A stretch of DNA of 63,428 nucleotides, the filler included, from Nitrospinota bacterium (GTDB taxonomy: Bacteria; JAUXIQ01): NCBI GenBank assembly GCA_030620925.1. It is 13 parts of 13 records of this genome, joined end to end, with 100 filler letters (N's around TTAATTAATTAA, not from the genome) between each part and the next. Parts side by side here need not be neighbours in the genome. Positions count along the whole stretch, not along the records: positions 1 to 2,863 come from JAUXIQ010000394.1; positions 2,964 to 6,096 come from JAUXIQ010000358.1; positions 6,197 to 13,358 come from JAUXIQ010000095.1; 10 more parts are not named here. One strand, 5' to 3'. The position numbers and the translations under genes are program-made. Within the stretch, counting starts at the first letter, position 1, and each line of letters starts with the position of its first letter. Shown one piece after another: positions 1 to 9,120 of the stretch. The notes under the pieces are model-generated. The model was not told the origin of the DNA. It saw only the letters and a list, made by a program, of their open reading frames with translations, and ran no database searches.

Positions 1-834
1 ACCTGCTCCCCGAGTTTGGATCAGAGAGCTCACATAATGGGCTATGCTCCATCGTTCTTCCTCTGCAAGAGTTTCTTCATATCCTGGCATAGGGGTGCCG
101 TTCAACCCCGAGGAGAGCGTTTGGAAGATATCCGTTGGAGTTTTTCCGTTCTTATACCTCCATGGGTTGGTCAGGTCGGCCGGCATTATGGGGTAGCCCC
201 AATCGTCTTTCTGTATGCCGGCCTCCTTCCCATTGCCTCTTCCTGCCTTGCCATGACATTTAACGCACCCCCCTTTCTTCTTATCTTGAAAAAGGTCTTT
301 GCCACGAAGGATGCTCTCCTGTGAAGTGGGGATTTCCTCTTTGAGGTCTAAGAGGAATTCGTAGGGATTAAAATCAAGATCATCAAAATCGGGGGAAAAG
401 GTCTTTATATAGTAGGCCAGCTGCCACCTTTGCTTCTCGCTCAGCCTGAATTCGCCCTCCCCCCAGGCGGGCATGGCTGTGCCGGGCAATCCCCTGGAAA
501 TCACCCTGAACAGGTCTTCGTCGGTGGGCAGCTCGCCCGTCTGGGTTTCACGAAACTTGAACAGGCTGCTGGTGAAATCTCGGGGCCTGGGGGCCAGGTA
601 GTCCGCAATGGGGCCTTTCCCGTCGCCTTCTGAGCCATGGCAGAAGCCGCACCTTTCCTTGTATAGATCTTTTCCAGAGGCCACATTCTCAGGTGTTTCA
701 GAAATTTTGCTCTTCTTCAGGGTTACGTCATCGTAGGCCCGCCCCCACGCGGATGTCATCAAAGTTACACCGAATGCCAGACAGAGGCAGGCCTTAATTA
801 CTGATCCAAATACCTTTTTCCCCTTCAGTATCAT
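1..834 (-). CDS. Diheme c-type cytochrome, exported, 3'-truncated by the window start (absent from the ORF track)
   Basis: Manual translation from ATG 834 is open to position 1: MILKGKKVFGSVIKACLCLAFGVTLMTSAWG (signal-like), CGFCH, PRPRDFT, GLPGTAMPAW, CVKCH, GLNGTPMP. It starts 10 nt downstream of the 844..1695 gene. Confidence 0.9.
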   Translation of the reverse strand, partial: MILKGKKVFGSVIKACLCLAFGVTLMTSAWGRAYDDVTLKKSKISETPENVASGKDLYKERCGFCHGSEGDGKGPIADYLAPRPRDFTSSLFKFRETQTGELPTDEDLFRVISRGLPGTAMPAWGEGEFRLSEKQRWQLAYYIKTFSPDFDDLDFNPYEFLLDLKEEIPTSQESILRGKDLFQDKKKGGCVKCHGKAGRGNGKEAGIQKDDWGYPIMPADLTNPWRYKNGKTPTDIFQTLSSGLNGTPMPGYEETLAEEERWSIAHYVSSLIQTRGAG

Positions 835-843
835 CACCACCTT

Positions 844-1695
844 TTACTCACGTTCCTCGTGCTTTTCAGGAAGGCGTGGTTCCATTCCTGCTATGTGATA
901 CTCGGCCAGAATTATTTTCCAGATGTCCAGATCAGATAAATCTTCCATCCACCTGGGCATGGAAGAATCCCAGGGGCTGGCGTCATTGGGCAGTCCTATT
1001 CCCCCCTCACGCACTCGCCAGAGGGCATAGGCTTCTACGACGGTTGCTATGGTGCCGGGGTCGGTGAAGTTGGCGGGTCTTAACCTGAAGCCCCTGGCCA
1101 TGGGCCCTGTGCCGTCGGCTTTGGTGCCATGACAGGGCCGGCAGTTCTTCTGATACAGGATGGTCCCTTCTTCTATATAGTTTGCCACCAGAGCTGCTCT
1201 GGCCTCCTCTTTGCTCATGTTTCCGGGACTGTTTTCCAGAAACTGCTTTATCAACTCACTGCCGGGGTTGCGGAATGGGTTGACCTTGCGTTCATACTTG
1301 CCGGGCATGGTGGGATGCTGAATGCGAAGCCCCAGAGGGGGCTCGGCGCTGGGAACCAATACCCTGAACATGGACACGGCCATCAGCAAAGGGAGGGCTA
1401 TCAGGAAAACGGTCCTCCCGGCCCTCAACCCTTTAGCGCCCCTGCCAATGAGCAGAACGAGCAAGGGACGCAAAAACCGTCTCAACCTTCTATCATCGAA
1501 GGATATGTAGACCACCGCTCCTAAAATAGTCAGAAACATATACATCAGGAGAGCCATGCTGGGCATGGGCAGGGGGTTGGGCTTGTCCGCAATGACCATG
1601 GCCAGATAAGGAAAGACAGATTTCAAAAAAATATAAACAGCGGCTACGGTGATCACCGTGGCCCAAAATATCCATGAAGTGTCGTCTTTACTCAT
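844..1695 (-). CDS. Membrane-anchored monoheme cytochrome c of the bd-like oxidase cluster
   Basis: Three N-terminal hydrophobic segments, CRPCH heme motif, PANFTDPGTIA and GGIGLP..SPWDSSMPRW. ATGA overlap with the upstream gene. Confidence 0.88.
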   Translation of the reverse strand: MSKDDTSWIFWATVITVAAVYIFLKSVFPYLAMVIADKPNPLPMPSMALLMYMFLTILGAVVYISFDDRRLRRFLRPLLVLLIGRGAKGLRAGRTVFLIALPLLMAVSMFRVLVPSAEPPLGLRIQHPTMPGKYERKVNPFRNPGSELIKQFLENSPGNMSKEEARAALVANYIEEGTILYQKNCRPCHGTKADGTGPMARGFRLRPANFTDPGTIATVVEAYALWRVREGGIGLPNDASPWDSSMPRWMEDLSDLDIWKIILAEYHIAGMEPRLPEKHEERE

Positions 1696-2861
1696 TCTTC
1701 CCCTCTCAGCTCTTTGTCTCCAGCTGCTTCTCCGCCCGGATCGAGGGCAGGCAAACTTTGCCCCACCTCACCGGCATGGGCCACCTTCTCTTCCTTCCCC
1801 GCCAGGCCGCTGAGCCAGAAGACGAACGTCACCAAGCCCAAAAAGGTTCCGGTTATTATCGCCACCATCTTGGCCATGTAGGCCATGGTAGGCGTGTAAG
1901 CCCCTAGGGAGGTATCCCGCATAACTCCATATATGTGCCAATCCTCCCGGAGCCCGGAGCGTATGAAGCCCATCAATCCCATCAGTATCACTATGGTCAA
2001 GCAGAGCAGGATGAGCACGTACTGGGACCTGGCGGGCATCCTGCCCCACGAGATACCTCCCACTACCTCGGCGCCCCGGAATAGAAATATATCTATGGCT
2101 GTATTCAGAAGCAGACAGGTGACCACCATCATCACCTGCACCACGGCGATCTGCCTTAAGAAGGGGTTGGCCTTTTCCATTACCACGAAGCCGTAAACCC
2201 CCAAAATCAGCACCGCGAACAGAACGGTGCTGCCGAAGTAGAGCCACTGGGCCTGTTTCCCCCGGTCGTAAAAAGTCAGCAGCACGACACCCACCACCGC
2301 CGCCATCTGACCCATGAGAAGGTAGGCGGGGAAGAGGAAATACTGGCGCCTGTCCGGCCCCAGGTTCATGGAAGCGGGGTCCAGGGCGAAGAGTGAATAG
2401 ACCAGCCAACCCAATAAGAGGATGCAGATACCGCCCACAACCCCCACTATCAACCTGGCTTCCGGGCCCTGCTGGGAGAAAGGAACCGTTTTACCCTTGT
2501 TCCCCCGCCGGTAGAGCAGGAAACTGAAGAAGGTGGTGAGGATTATGAAGTTGACCACCGCGTTCTTGGCGGACATCAGGCCCAGGTATTTGATCACCGG
2601 ATGGTACTGCCCTCCCACCAGCGCCTGCTCGCGGGGGCTCAGGGGCAGGTTATGCGGGGTAAGCCAGATGGCGAAACAGACGATGAGGATGACGGTGAGG
2701 TATTTTATGTAGCCCTGATATCTCTCCGCTCCGGATATCCTCTGCATCCCCGACCAGAGATAGTAGTTTGCCCCTATAAAAAGAACCCCTATCAGCATGG
2801 CCTGTATGATAAAAGTCCAGGAAAAGGCGCCGCCCATCATGATGTTGCCCATTACCGGGCT
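1692..2861 (-). CDS. Cytochrome bd-like (CydA-related) oxidase subunit of the Nitrospira/Nitrospina type, 5'-truncated
   Basis: Polytopic membrane protein with WLTPH, GLMSAKNAVVN and LMGLMGFIRSGLREDWHIYGVMRD, recognised as bd-like oxidase C-terminal motifs. The frame is open to the linker and two cytochrome c genes follow. Confidence 0.75.
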   Translation of the reverse strand, partial: SPVMGNIMMGGAFSWTFIIQAMLIGVLFIGANYYLWSGMQRISGAERYQGYIKYLTVILIVCFAIWLTPHNLPLSPREQALVGGQYHPVIKYLGLMSAKNAVVNFIILTTFFSFLLYRRGNKGKTVPFSQQGPEARLIVGVVGGICILLLGWLVYSLFALDPASMNLGPDRRQYFLFPAYLLMGQMAAVVGVVLLTFYDRGKQAQWLYFGSTVLFAVLILGVYGFVVMEKANPFLRQIAVVQVMMVVTCLLLNTAIDIFLFRGAEVVGGISWGRMPARSQYVLILLCLTIVILMGLMGFIRSGLREDWHIYGVMRDTSLGAYTPTMAYMAKMVAIITGTFLGLVTFVFWLSGLAGKEEKVAHAGEVGQSLPALDPGGEAAGDKELRGEE

Positions 2862-2863
2862 CG

Positions 2864-2963
2864 NNNNNNNNNNNNNNNNNNNNNNNNNNNNNNNNNNNNN
2901 NNNNNNNTTAATTAATTAANNNNNNNNNNNNNNNNNNNNNNNNNNNNNNNNNNNNNNNNNNNN
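2864..2963. other. Artificial contig linker
   Basis: N44-TTAATTAATTAA-N44, stops in all six frames. Confidence 0.99.
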
Positions 2964-3045
2964 CCTGTGTTCAAAGGCCGCTGAGAATCAGAGGTATATT
3001 CAAAGCAGGGTGTATCGCAATACGTTCATATCTGAAGGGAACCTG

Positions 3046-3450
3046 ATGAAACGGTTGATTTCGACAACAGGGTTAATTCTTCTATGCGCCGCACTGATAA
3101 CGGGCTGTGCCAACCGCGTGTCTTTCATCCAGAAGGGCAAGAAGGTAGACGAATACAGGTGGAAGGTTGAGAAGCTGAAGTATTCCAGGCTCTCCGCCGA
3201 TCAACAGGCTCTCATCTCTGAAAAAGGGAAGCCCGATTATATAAAATTTTATCGCCCGATGCGTAAAAGAGGAGGAGGCATCTTTGTGAGAATGTTCAAA
3301 TATGTCGGGCGCGGGTTTATAAACCTCTTTATCAACACTTTTCGGCCGATGAATTCCCAGCGGAGAATAGAGGCCTGGGTCTACGAAAAAGAGGGCGTAC
3401 TGGTCTGGTTTAAGGAAGGGAAACGCGTGGATTACGCGGCCGTGGAATAG
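3046..3450 (+). CDS. Hypothetical lipoprotein, possibly BamE/SmpA-like fold
   Basis: ATG 3046 after GAAGGGA. Signal MKRLISTTGLILLCAALITG-C (lipobox), then GKPD...EAWVY...VWFKEGK. Confidence 0.65.
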   Translation: MKRLISTTGLILLCAALITGCANRVSFIQKGKKVDEYRWKVEKLKYSRLSADQQALISEKGKPDYIKFYRPMRKRGGGIFVRMFKYVGRGFINLFINTFRPMNSQRRIEAWVYEKEGVLVWFKEGKRVDYAAVE

Positions 3451-3483
3451 TGTCTGACACCGGTTTTTAAAGAGAGCCGGGCC

Positions 3484-4566
3484 TCAGATGTCGAAGCTCA
3501 CCCCCAGCTCGCCTGCTATCCTCTCCAGGTCGTTCACTACCTTCTGGTTGAGAGGTATACCGTTTTTCAGCCTCTCCTGCTCGCACTCGTATTCGATCTC
3601 ACCGGCCACATAGATTCGATCGTGGCCTTCCGCCCTGGGGGAATTCTTGAGGGCTCTAAGCATGTCGTCCATGGCGGCCTTGAATTCATCGAGCGGTCTG
3701 AAACTGTCCACGCGGATGGCCCCGAAGAAGTGGCCCACGTTGGCGGGGTTTGTCCCCAACGTGCCCTCCCTCTCCATAAGATCGCCGTATGCCGCCCCGG
3801 AGAGGACACCCGACAACACATCTACCATCACCGCCAGTCCATAACCCTTATGGCTGCCCAATTCCCTGGTGCCCCCCAAAGGGGTGAGCCTTCGCGAGTC
3901 GAGGCCCACCCGGGGGTCGGTTGTGGGCTCCCCGCTGGAGTCCATGGCCCAGCCCTCGGGGATGGGCTCCTCCTTGCGCATGGCGATGGCCAGCTTACCC
4001 ACCGCTACCGTGCTGGTAGCCATGTCCAATACGAAGGGGGGTTCTTTGTCCGCCGGAATGGCTATGCCAATGGGGTTGGTGGCGAACATGGGTTTGCTTC
4101 CGAAAGTGGGGACCACGAAGGGCACTGAATAATTGGTCATGCAAATACCTATCATGTCTCGGGGCAGGGCCATCATGGGGTAATAACCTGCGGGGCCGAA
4201 GTGATTGCTGTTTCGCGCGGTAACGAATGCGGCCCCCATCCTTTCCGCCTTTTCCATGCAGATTTCCATGCAGAACCCGCTCACCGGATGGCCCAACCCG
4301 TTCCCGCCGTCCACCAGAGCGGTTGTCTGCGATTCGCGCACCACGCTGATCTGCGGCCGGGGCTCTATTAATTTTCCGGTAAAACCCTCGTAGTAGCGCG
4401 CCAGCATCGCCACACCGTGAGAATCCACGCCGCGCAGGTCGGTGCGCACCTGCACCTCGGCAGTGAACTCGGCGTTATCCTCACTCATGCCCAAAGCCTT
4501 GTAGATGTTTATGGTCAAAGTTTTAAGCCTGTCGTTATTAACCGACCTCGTCCCCACCTCTGACAT
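3484..4566 (-). CDS. Ldh_2 family oxidoreductase (malate/L-lactate/sulfolactate/ureidoglycolate dehydrogenase type)
   Basis: DLRGVDSHG, NSNHFG, FATNPI, LDMATS and HKGYGL motifs. The ATG at 4566 has a GGAGGAG RBS. Confidence 0.92.
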   Translation of the reverse strand: MSEVGTRSVNNDRLKTLTINIYKALGMSEDNAEFTAEVQVRTDLRGVDSHGVAMLARYYEGFTGKLIEPRPQISVVRESQTTALVDGGNGLGHPVSGFCMEICMEKAERMGAAFVTARNSNHFGPAGYYPMMALPRDMIGICMTNYSVPFVVPTFGSKPMFATNPIGIAIPADKEPPFVLDMATSTVAVGKLAIAMRKEEPIPEGWAMDSSGEPTTDPRVGLDSRRLTPLGGTRELGSHKGYGLAVMVDVLSGVLSGAAYGDLMEREGTLGTNPANVGHFFGAIRVDSFRPLDEFKAAMDDMLRALKNSPRAEGHDRIYVAGEIEYECEQERLKNGIPLNQKVVNDLERIAGELGVSFDI

Positions 4567-4786
4567 CCCCGCTCCTCCCTGAATCACTACTGCTCGATCT
4601 CAAGAATACCGCCTGTACATATCATCGGGGAATTATAACCTCTAAGGAACCGATTTGTAAAAAAAGTTTCTCCGGACTCCTTCGAAAATATTATGAAATT
4701 CTCCCGGCCGCACCTGGAAAGGGCTCCATCCTGCGGTACTCGGCCCGCGATCGACTTCAAAACGGCTAATACAGGAGTGTTATAAG

Positions 4787-4818
4787 AAAAAGGCCTCGCT
4801 TAACAGGCGAGGCCTTTT
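4787..4818 (-). terminator. Intrinsic terminator downstream of meaB
   Basis: AAAAAGGCCTCGC-TTAACAG-GCGAGGCCTTTT inverted repeat with A/T tails. Confidence 0.8.
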
Positions 4819-4846
4819 GATGCTTGAAAATTTTTATGCTTCGTGT

Positions 4847-5794
4847 TTATTTCTTCTTGAGGACCTTTTCCAGAATCTGTTCGACAGCCGTATAGGGGTC
4901 CAGCTTTCTCTCCGCTACCGAGTGGATAAGTTTTTCGAACTCCTCTTCACCACCCAACGCTTTGAACACCCGCTGTATGGTCTCTTCCCTGAGGACGTCC
5001 TTCATATGGGTCTCTATCTGGATTCTATTTTTGTCAACTATATTCTTGGATTCCTCCAGATATTCCTTATGCTCAAACACTTTATCCACGAGCTCTTTTA
5101 TCCCCTCGTCCTTGGTGGCCACTGTCTTTATTATGGGCGGCTTCCAGTCCAGTTTTTCCTGGGACATGCTGAGCATAATCTCAAGCTCGCGGGCGGTCTC
5201 ATCGGCTCCTTCCTTATCGGCCTTGTTGACCACGAACAGGTCCCCGATCTCAAGTATACCGGCCTTGATGGCCTGTATCTCATCCCCCAGGCCGGGCACC
5301 GTCACCACTATGGTGCTATGGGCGGTTTTAACGATCTCTACCTCGTCCTGACCCACGCCTACGGTCTCTATAAGCACTATGTCCTTGCCGTAGGCGTCCA
5401 TCACGTTGACCACGCCGTTGGTGGAAGCTGTGAGCCCCCCCAACGTCCCCCGGGTGGCCATGCTGCGGATGAAAACGCCGTCATCGGTGCTGTGTTGCTG
5501 CATCCTGATCCGGTCTCCGAGTATGGCTCCACCGGTGAAGGGACTTGTGGGGTCCACGGCGATTATGCCCACGGTTAATTCTCTGGCGCGAAGCTCGGCG
5601 GTAAACTTGTCCACCAGCGTGCTCTTGCCCGCCCCCGGTGCACCGGTCATACCTATTATAAAGGCCTTCCCCGTATGAGCGAAAAGGCTCTTCATATCAT
5701 CGGTAGCTTCGGATGAATTGTTCTCCAGAAGGGTTATCAGTCTTGCCACCCCCCGTATCTCTTTGTTCAATACCCTCTCAGCTAATGTCGACAT
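4847..5794 (-). CDS. meaB: Methylmalonyl-CoA mutase-associated GTPase MeaB/ArgK
   Basis: GAPGAGKST, AVDPTSPFTGGAILGDRIRM, ETVGVGQ, NKAD. Confidence 0.95.
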   Translation of the reverse strand: MSTLAERVLNKEIRGVARLITLLENNSSEATDDMKSLFAHTGKAFIIGMTGAPGAGKSTLVDKFTAELRARELTVGIIAVDPTSPFTGGAILGDRIRMQQHSTDDGVFIRSMATRGTLGGLTASTNGVVNVMDAYGKDIVLIETVGVGQDEVEIVKTAHSTIVVTVPGLGDEIQAIKAGILEIGDLFVVNKADKEGADETARELEIMLSMSQEKLDWKPPIIKTVATKDEGIKELVDKVFEHKEYLEESKNIVDKNRIQIETHMKDVLREETIQRVFKALGGEEEFEKLIHSVAERKLDPYTAVEQILEKVLKKK

Positions 5795-5949
5795 ATATCC
5801 TCCACTTAAATCTCAATCACCCTCAAGGGAAAATTTATTTACGATAACATTTGTTGTTTAAAATATTACACGAACATTCTGAATATTCAAGAAATTTGTA
5901 TACGGTCCTCTATTAATCTATCGATTTTCCCGGCTCGTTACGCCTTCAG

Positions 5950-6078
5950 CTACCCCGCTCCGCCCAAGTAGCGGCGCACCTCTGCTTCAGTAAGAGATTC
6001 CTCTCTGAAGGCTCTCTCACTCAGGTCCACGAAGAGTATCTTTCCAGCATATCCGCCTTTTATGTCTCCCTCTCCCAT
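5950..6078 (-). pseudogene. Truncated N-terminal remnant of an aldehyde:ferredoxin oxidoreductase (AOR family)
   Basis: MGEGDIKGGYAGKILFVDLSERAFREESLTEAEVRRYLGGAG* (42 aa) matches the AOR N-terminus G-Y-x-G-K-I-L-x-V-D-L-S...Y-L-G-G-x-G. No continuation in any frame. Confidence 0.7.
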
Positions 6079-6096
6079 CACTTCTTCGTTACCTGC

Positions 6097-6196
6097 NNNN
6101 NNNNNNNNNNNNNNNNNNNNNNNNNNNNNNNNNNNNNNNNTTAATTAATTAANNNNNNNNNNNNNNNNNNNNNNNNNNNNNNNNNNNNNNNNNNNN
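6097..6196. other. Artificial contig linker
   Basis: N44-TTAATTAATTAA-N44. Confidence 0.99.
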
Positions 6197-6298
6197 CATG
6201 GCGCGCAGGGACGAGAAAGATTTCGCCGTGCCTAAAAAAACGTGGGCCGAGACCATTGCTTCCATAGCCGAGGAGAAAGGCCGCATCTGATCCGTTTC

Positions 6299-6334
6299 GG
6301 GCGATCCCGCCTTCCGCGGGACGGTAGCCCCTAC
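6299..6334. repeat. GTAG-type REP carrying a 17-bp TCCCGC-N5-GCGGGA insert (6305..6321)
   Basis: GGGCGA-TCCCGCCTTCCGCGGGA-CGGTAGCCCCTAC. The insert is identical to 30939..30955. Confidence 0.75.
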
Positions 6335-8829
6335 CGGTTCATTATGCGGCGGATATCGGTAGGTCGCAGGGTTTCCATGAAGGTGTTTATGCTGTATGTG
6401 CGGCCGTCGGAGACGATGGTTACTGCGCCGTCCTTATACGTGAGGAATATTTCGATGTCCATCATATCGTAGGTGGAGATCACTTTGGGGTGTGGATGTT
6501 TTGAGCGGTTATACTTGCTGGCGCTTATGACCGCCACCTCCGGGCTGACAGCCGAGAGGAAGGGGAAGTATAAGGCGTTTCCGGCCCCGTGATGAGGTGC
6601 TTTGAGCACCGTGGCTTTGAGGTCCGCTCCCCCTTTGACGAGTTTCTTTTGCACCTGTCGCTCGATATCCCCCGGAAAAAGCACGCTGAAGTTCCCGTAG
6701 GTGAGCCGGATAACGACGGATGAGTTATTTTCGGATAGCCGATTTCCGATAAGTTGATGGCGGGCCGGCGGGTGGAGGACATCGATTTTAACGCCGTCTA
6801 TGAAACGGGTAGACATGCTGTCTTCTGCGGACAAACGCCTCATCAGCGGCGGAGCGGCGTGGTCTAAATCCCACCGGTCGAGGTACTTTTGCATTCCGTC
6901 TCCGTTATGCCACAGGTGTTCTACGCCGAAATCCCTGATCAGGGAGGGGGCTCCTCCGGCGTGATCCCGCTGGGCATGGGAGATGAGGAGGTAGTCGATA
7001 CGCCGGACGCCATGACTTCTCAAGTAGGGTGATACCACGATTTGCCCCGTGTCGCGTCCGCTCCTGAATGAAGGCCCGGTGTCGATGACCATGGTCCTGC
7101 CTCCGGGGAAGAACACCACCGCGGCGTCTCCTTCGCCCACGTCGAGAAAGGTGATCCGCAGCTTGCCGTCAGCGTGTGAGACGAGATAGGGTGCGCAGAA
7201 AGAGAGAATCAGGGCCGCGGAGGTAGCTGCCAAAAGCACATGAAAGCGGCCCCTTCTCCAGAAGTTAATGGTCAACGCCAGCAGGAAATAATAGGCCGCC
7301 GCCGCCGGCATCCAGGGGGTGAGGACTTTGAAGGAGAGAGGAGAGGCTTCCGCCACCAGGGAGGAGTTCTCCCTCAAGATGTAGCTCAGGAGGGATGAAA
7401 GGGCAAACAGGGGTCGGGCGGCGGTCTCGGAGACCATGTTCACCATGCTGGCCAGAAGCCCTGCCGGAACGAGCAGGGAGGAGGTAGGTATGGCCAGCAC
7501 GTTTACCGCCGGGGCGTTCAGGGATACTTCGTTAAAGCTTCGGGCGATTATGGGAGCTGTGGCCAGCGAGGCCACCACCGAAATCAGAACATAGGCCATG
7601 ATCTTTTGTTTCCAGACAGAGGGTTTAAGCAGTTTATCGGCCAGGCTGCCCTCAATGGCGAATTCAATCCTGGTTTTCTGTATATAGTGGATTATGAAGA
7701 AGGCAGCCAGGAAGGAGAGCTGAAACCCCATATCCAGTATGGAGAGCGGTTTCCAGACAAGTATTATCATTGCAGCGAGGGCAAGGGCGTTATACAGGTT
7801 TTTTTCCCGGTCGAGAAATCGGGCGCCCATATATGTGCAGACCATGATGGCGGCCCTGGTGGCCGATGGCCTGTCGCCGACCATGGCGGCGAAGGAAACT
7901 ACGGGGAAGATAGAGGCCAGGGCCGCCCATCTCCTGGCGTGGAAGGTGGTTCCCCGCAGTCTGATGGTTAACAGCATGACTCCCTTAAGCAGGAAGAGGA
8001 TGATGTAATATGAGGCGAGTGCGGCGAAACCCACGTGCAGGCCCGATATCGCCAGCAGGTGGGCGGTGCCGCTTCGGGAAAAATTTATGCGGTCAGATAG
8101 GTCAACCGCCCACGTTTCTCCGAGGATCATTGCCTTCAGTATTCCCGCCTCTCGTCCGGGGAGGTTTGTGTCTATGGCCGAGCTGCTCTGTTCCTTGAAA
8201 GAGTAGAGTGCGGAGAGGAAACCGCTGCCTTCTCCTCGGGCGATGATCTTCATCCCGCCGTCCTTCCAGAGGGTACCTGAGGCATAAATACCCCTCCTGG
8301 CCATGAAAGCCTGGTAATTGAACCCGCCCGGGTTCAGGTATCCGCGCAGCAAGCGCAACCTGAGGTTTTTGAAAATTATCCTGTCCCCGTATTGCAGGTC
8401 GAGCTCTGCCTTGTTTGTGATGATCCGGATATTACCTTCCGCGGGCATCCAGCGATTTTTCCGCTGAAGGGACACGGACTTGATGTATAGAGTGCTGTAA
8501 TGCCGTCTCTTCTCCACCGGCCTGGTTACGATCCCCTCAAGGGTTACCGGTTCCATGGGATGTTCTTTCGCCTGATTTACAATGTGCCGGGGCGGAAAGA
8601 AAGGGTGGGCGTGAAAGTTGAACATCACCGTTCCACACAACAACGGGACGGCATAAATCAACATAGTCCCCAGCTTCACTTTTCCCAGGCGCGCTAATGC
8701 TAGGGAAATGGCGGAAAAAGCTATAATAAAAATAAAGAAGGGTGCTAGAGAAGGGAGGAGGAAATATCCCAGGATGAGCCCTGTGAGGTATAGGAGGGCT
8801 GTTTTGCAAAGTCTATTTTTCACGGGCAT
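6331..8829 (-). CDS. comEC: DNA internalization competence protein ComEC/Rec2
   Basis: NPGGFNY, HLLAISGLHVG, GFQLSF, and a C-terminal metallo-beta-lactamase domain (FLDVGEGD, SHAQRDHAGG, PHHG). Confidence 0.95.
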   Translation of the reverse strand: MPVKNRLCKTALLYLTGLILGYFLLPSLAPFFIFIIAFSAISLALARLGKVKLGTMLIYAVPLLCGTVMFNFHAHPFFPPRHIVNQAKEHPMEPVTLEGIVTRPVEKRRHYSTLYIKSVSLQRKNRWMPAEGNIRIITNKAELDLQYGDRIIFKNLRLRLLRGYLNPGGFNYQAFMARRGIYASGTLWKDGGMKIIARGEGSGFLSALYSFKEQSSSAIDTNLPGREAGILKAMILGETWAVDLSDRINFSRSGTAHLLAISGLHVGFAALASYYIILFLLKGVMLLTIRLRGTTFHARRWAALASIFPVVSFAAMVGDRPSATRAAIMVCTYMGARFLDREKNLYNALALAAMIILVWKPLSILDMGFQLSFLAAFFIIHYIQKTRIEFAIEGSLADKLLKPSVWKQKIMAYVLISVVASLATAPIIARSFNEVSLNAPAVNVLAIPTSSLLVPAGLLASMVNMVSETAARPLFALSSLLSYILRENSSLVAEASPLSFKVLTPWMPAAAAYYFLLALTINFWRRGRFHVLLAATSAALILSFCAPYLVSHADGKLRITFLDVGEGDAAVVFFPGGRTMVIDTGPSFRSGRDTGQIVVSPYLRSHGVRRIDYLLISHAQRDHAGGAPSLIRDFGVEHLWHNGDGMQKYLDRWDLDHAAPPLMRRLSAEDSMSTRFIDGVKIDVLHPPARHQLIGNRLSENNSSVVIRLTYGNFSVLFPGDIERQVQKKLVKGGADLKATVLKAPHHGAGNALYFPFLSAVSPEVAVISASKYNRSKHPHPKVISTYDMMDIEIFLTYKDGAVTIVSDGRTYSINTFMETLRPTDIRRIMNR

Positions 8830-9120
8830 CTTAACCGTAGTTTTCCGGCGAGGTCTTTCCGGCCCGATTGATTATGAAATATCATGAACTTTGGCGGAAT
8901 TAGCTAATTAGAGGGCCTATATTATCATGAATATCGAATGAAAAACATAGTGTATATTATCTCAATTCGCTTATATTCCAATAATGGCGGTAGAACGCTG
9001 TGCATTAAGGGGTTTTTGTGTTATTATCCACTGGGAAACGGATAAAATGAGCTAATTCATCTGCCCTCTCTTATTTATGGAGAACGATGATACAGGAGTG
9101 ACCTGGAGGGTTATCGCTTT

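Noticed and set aside
5950-5952. TAG in the AOR fragment as pyrrolysine or readthrough
   Set aside because: A TAA follows after three more codons and no AOR-like sequence continues in any frame.
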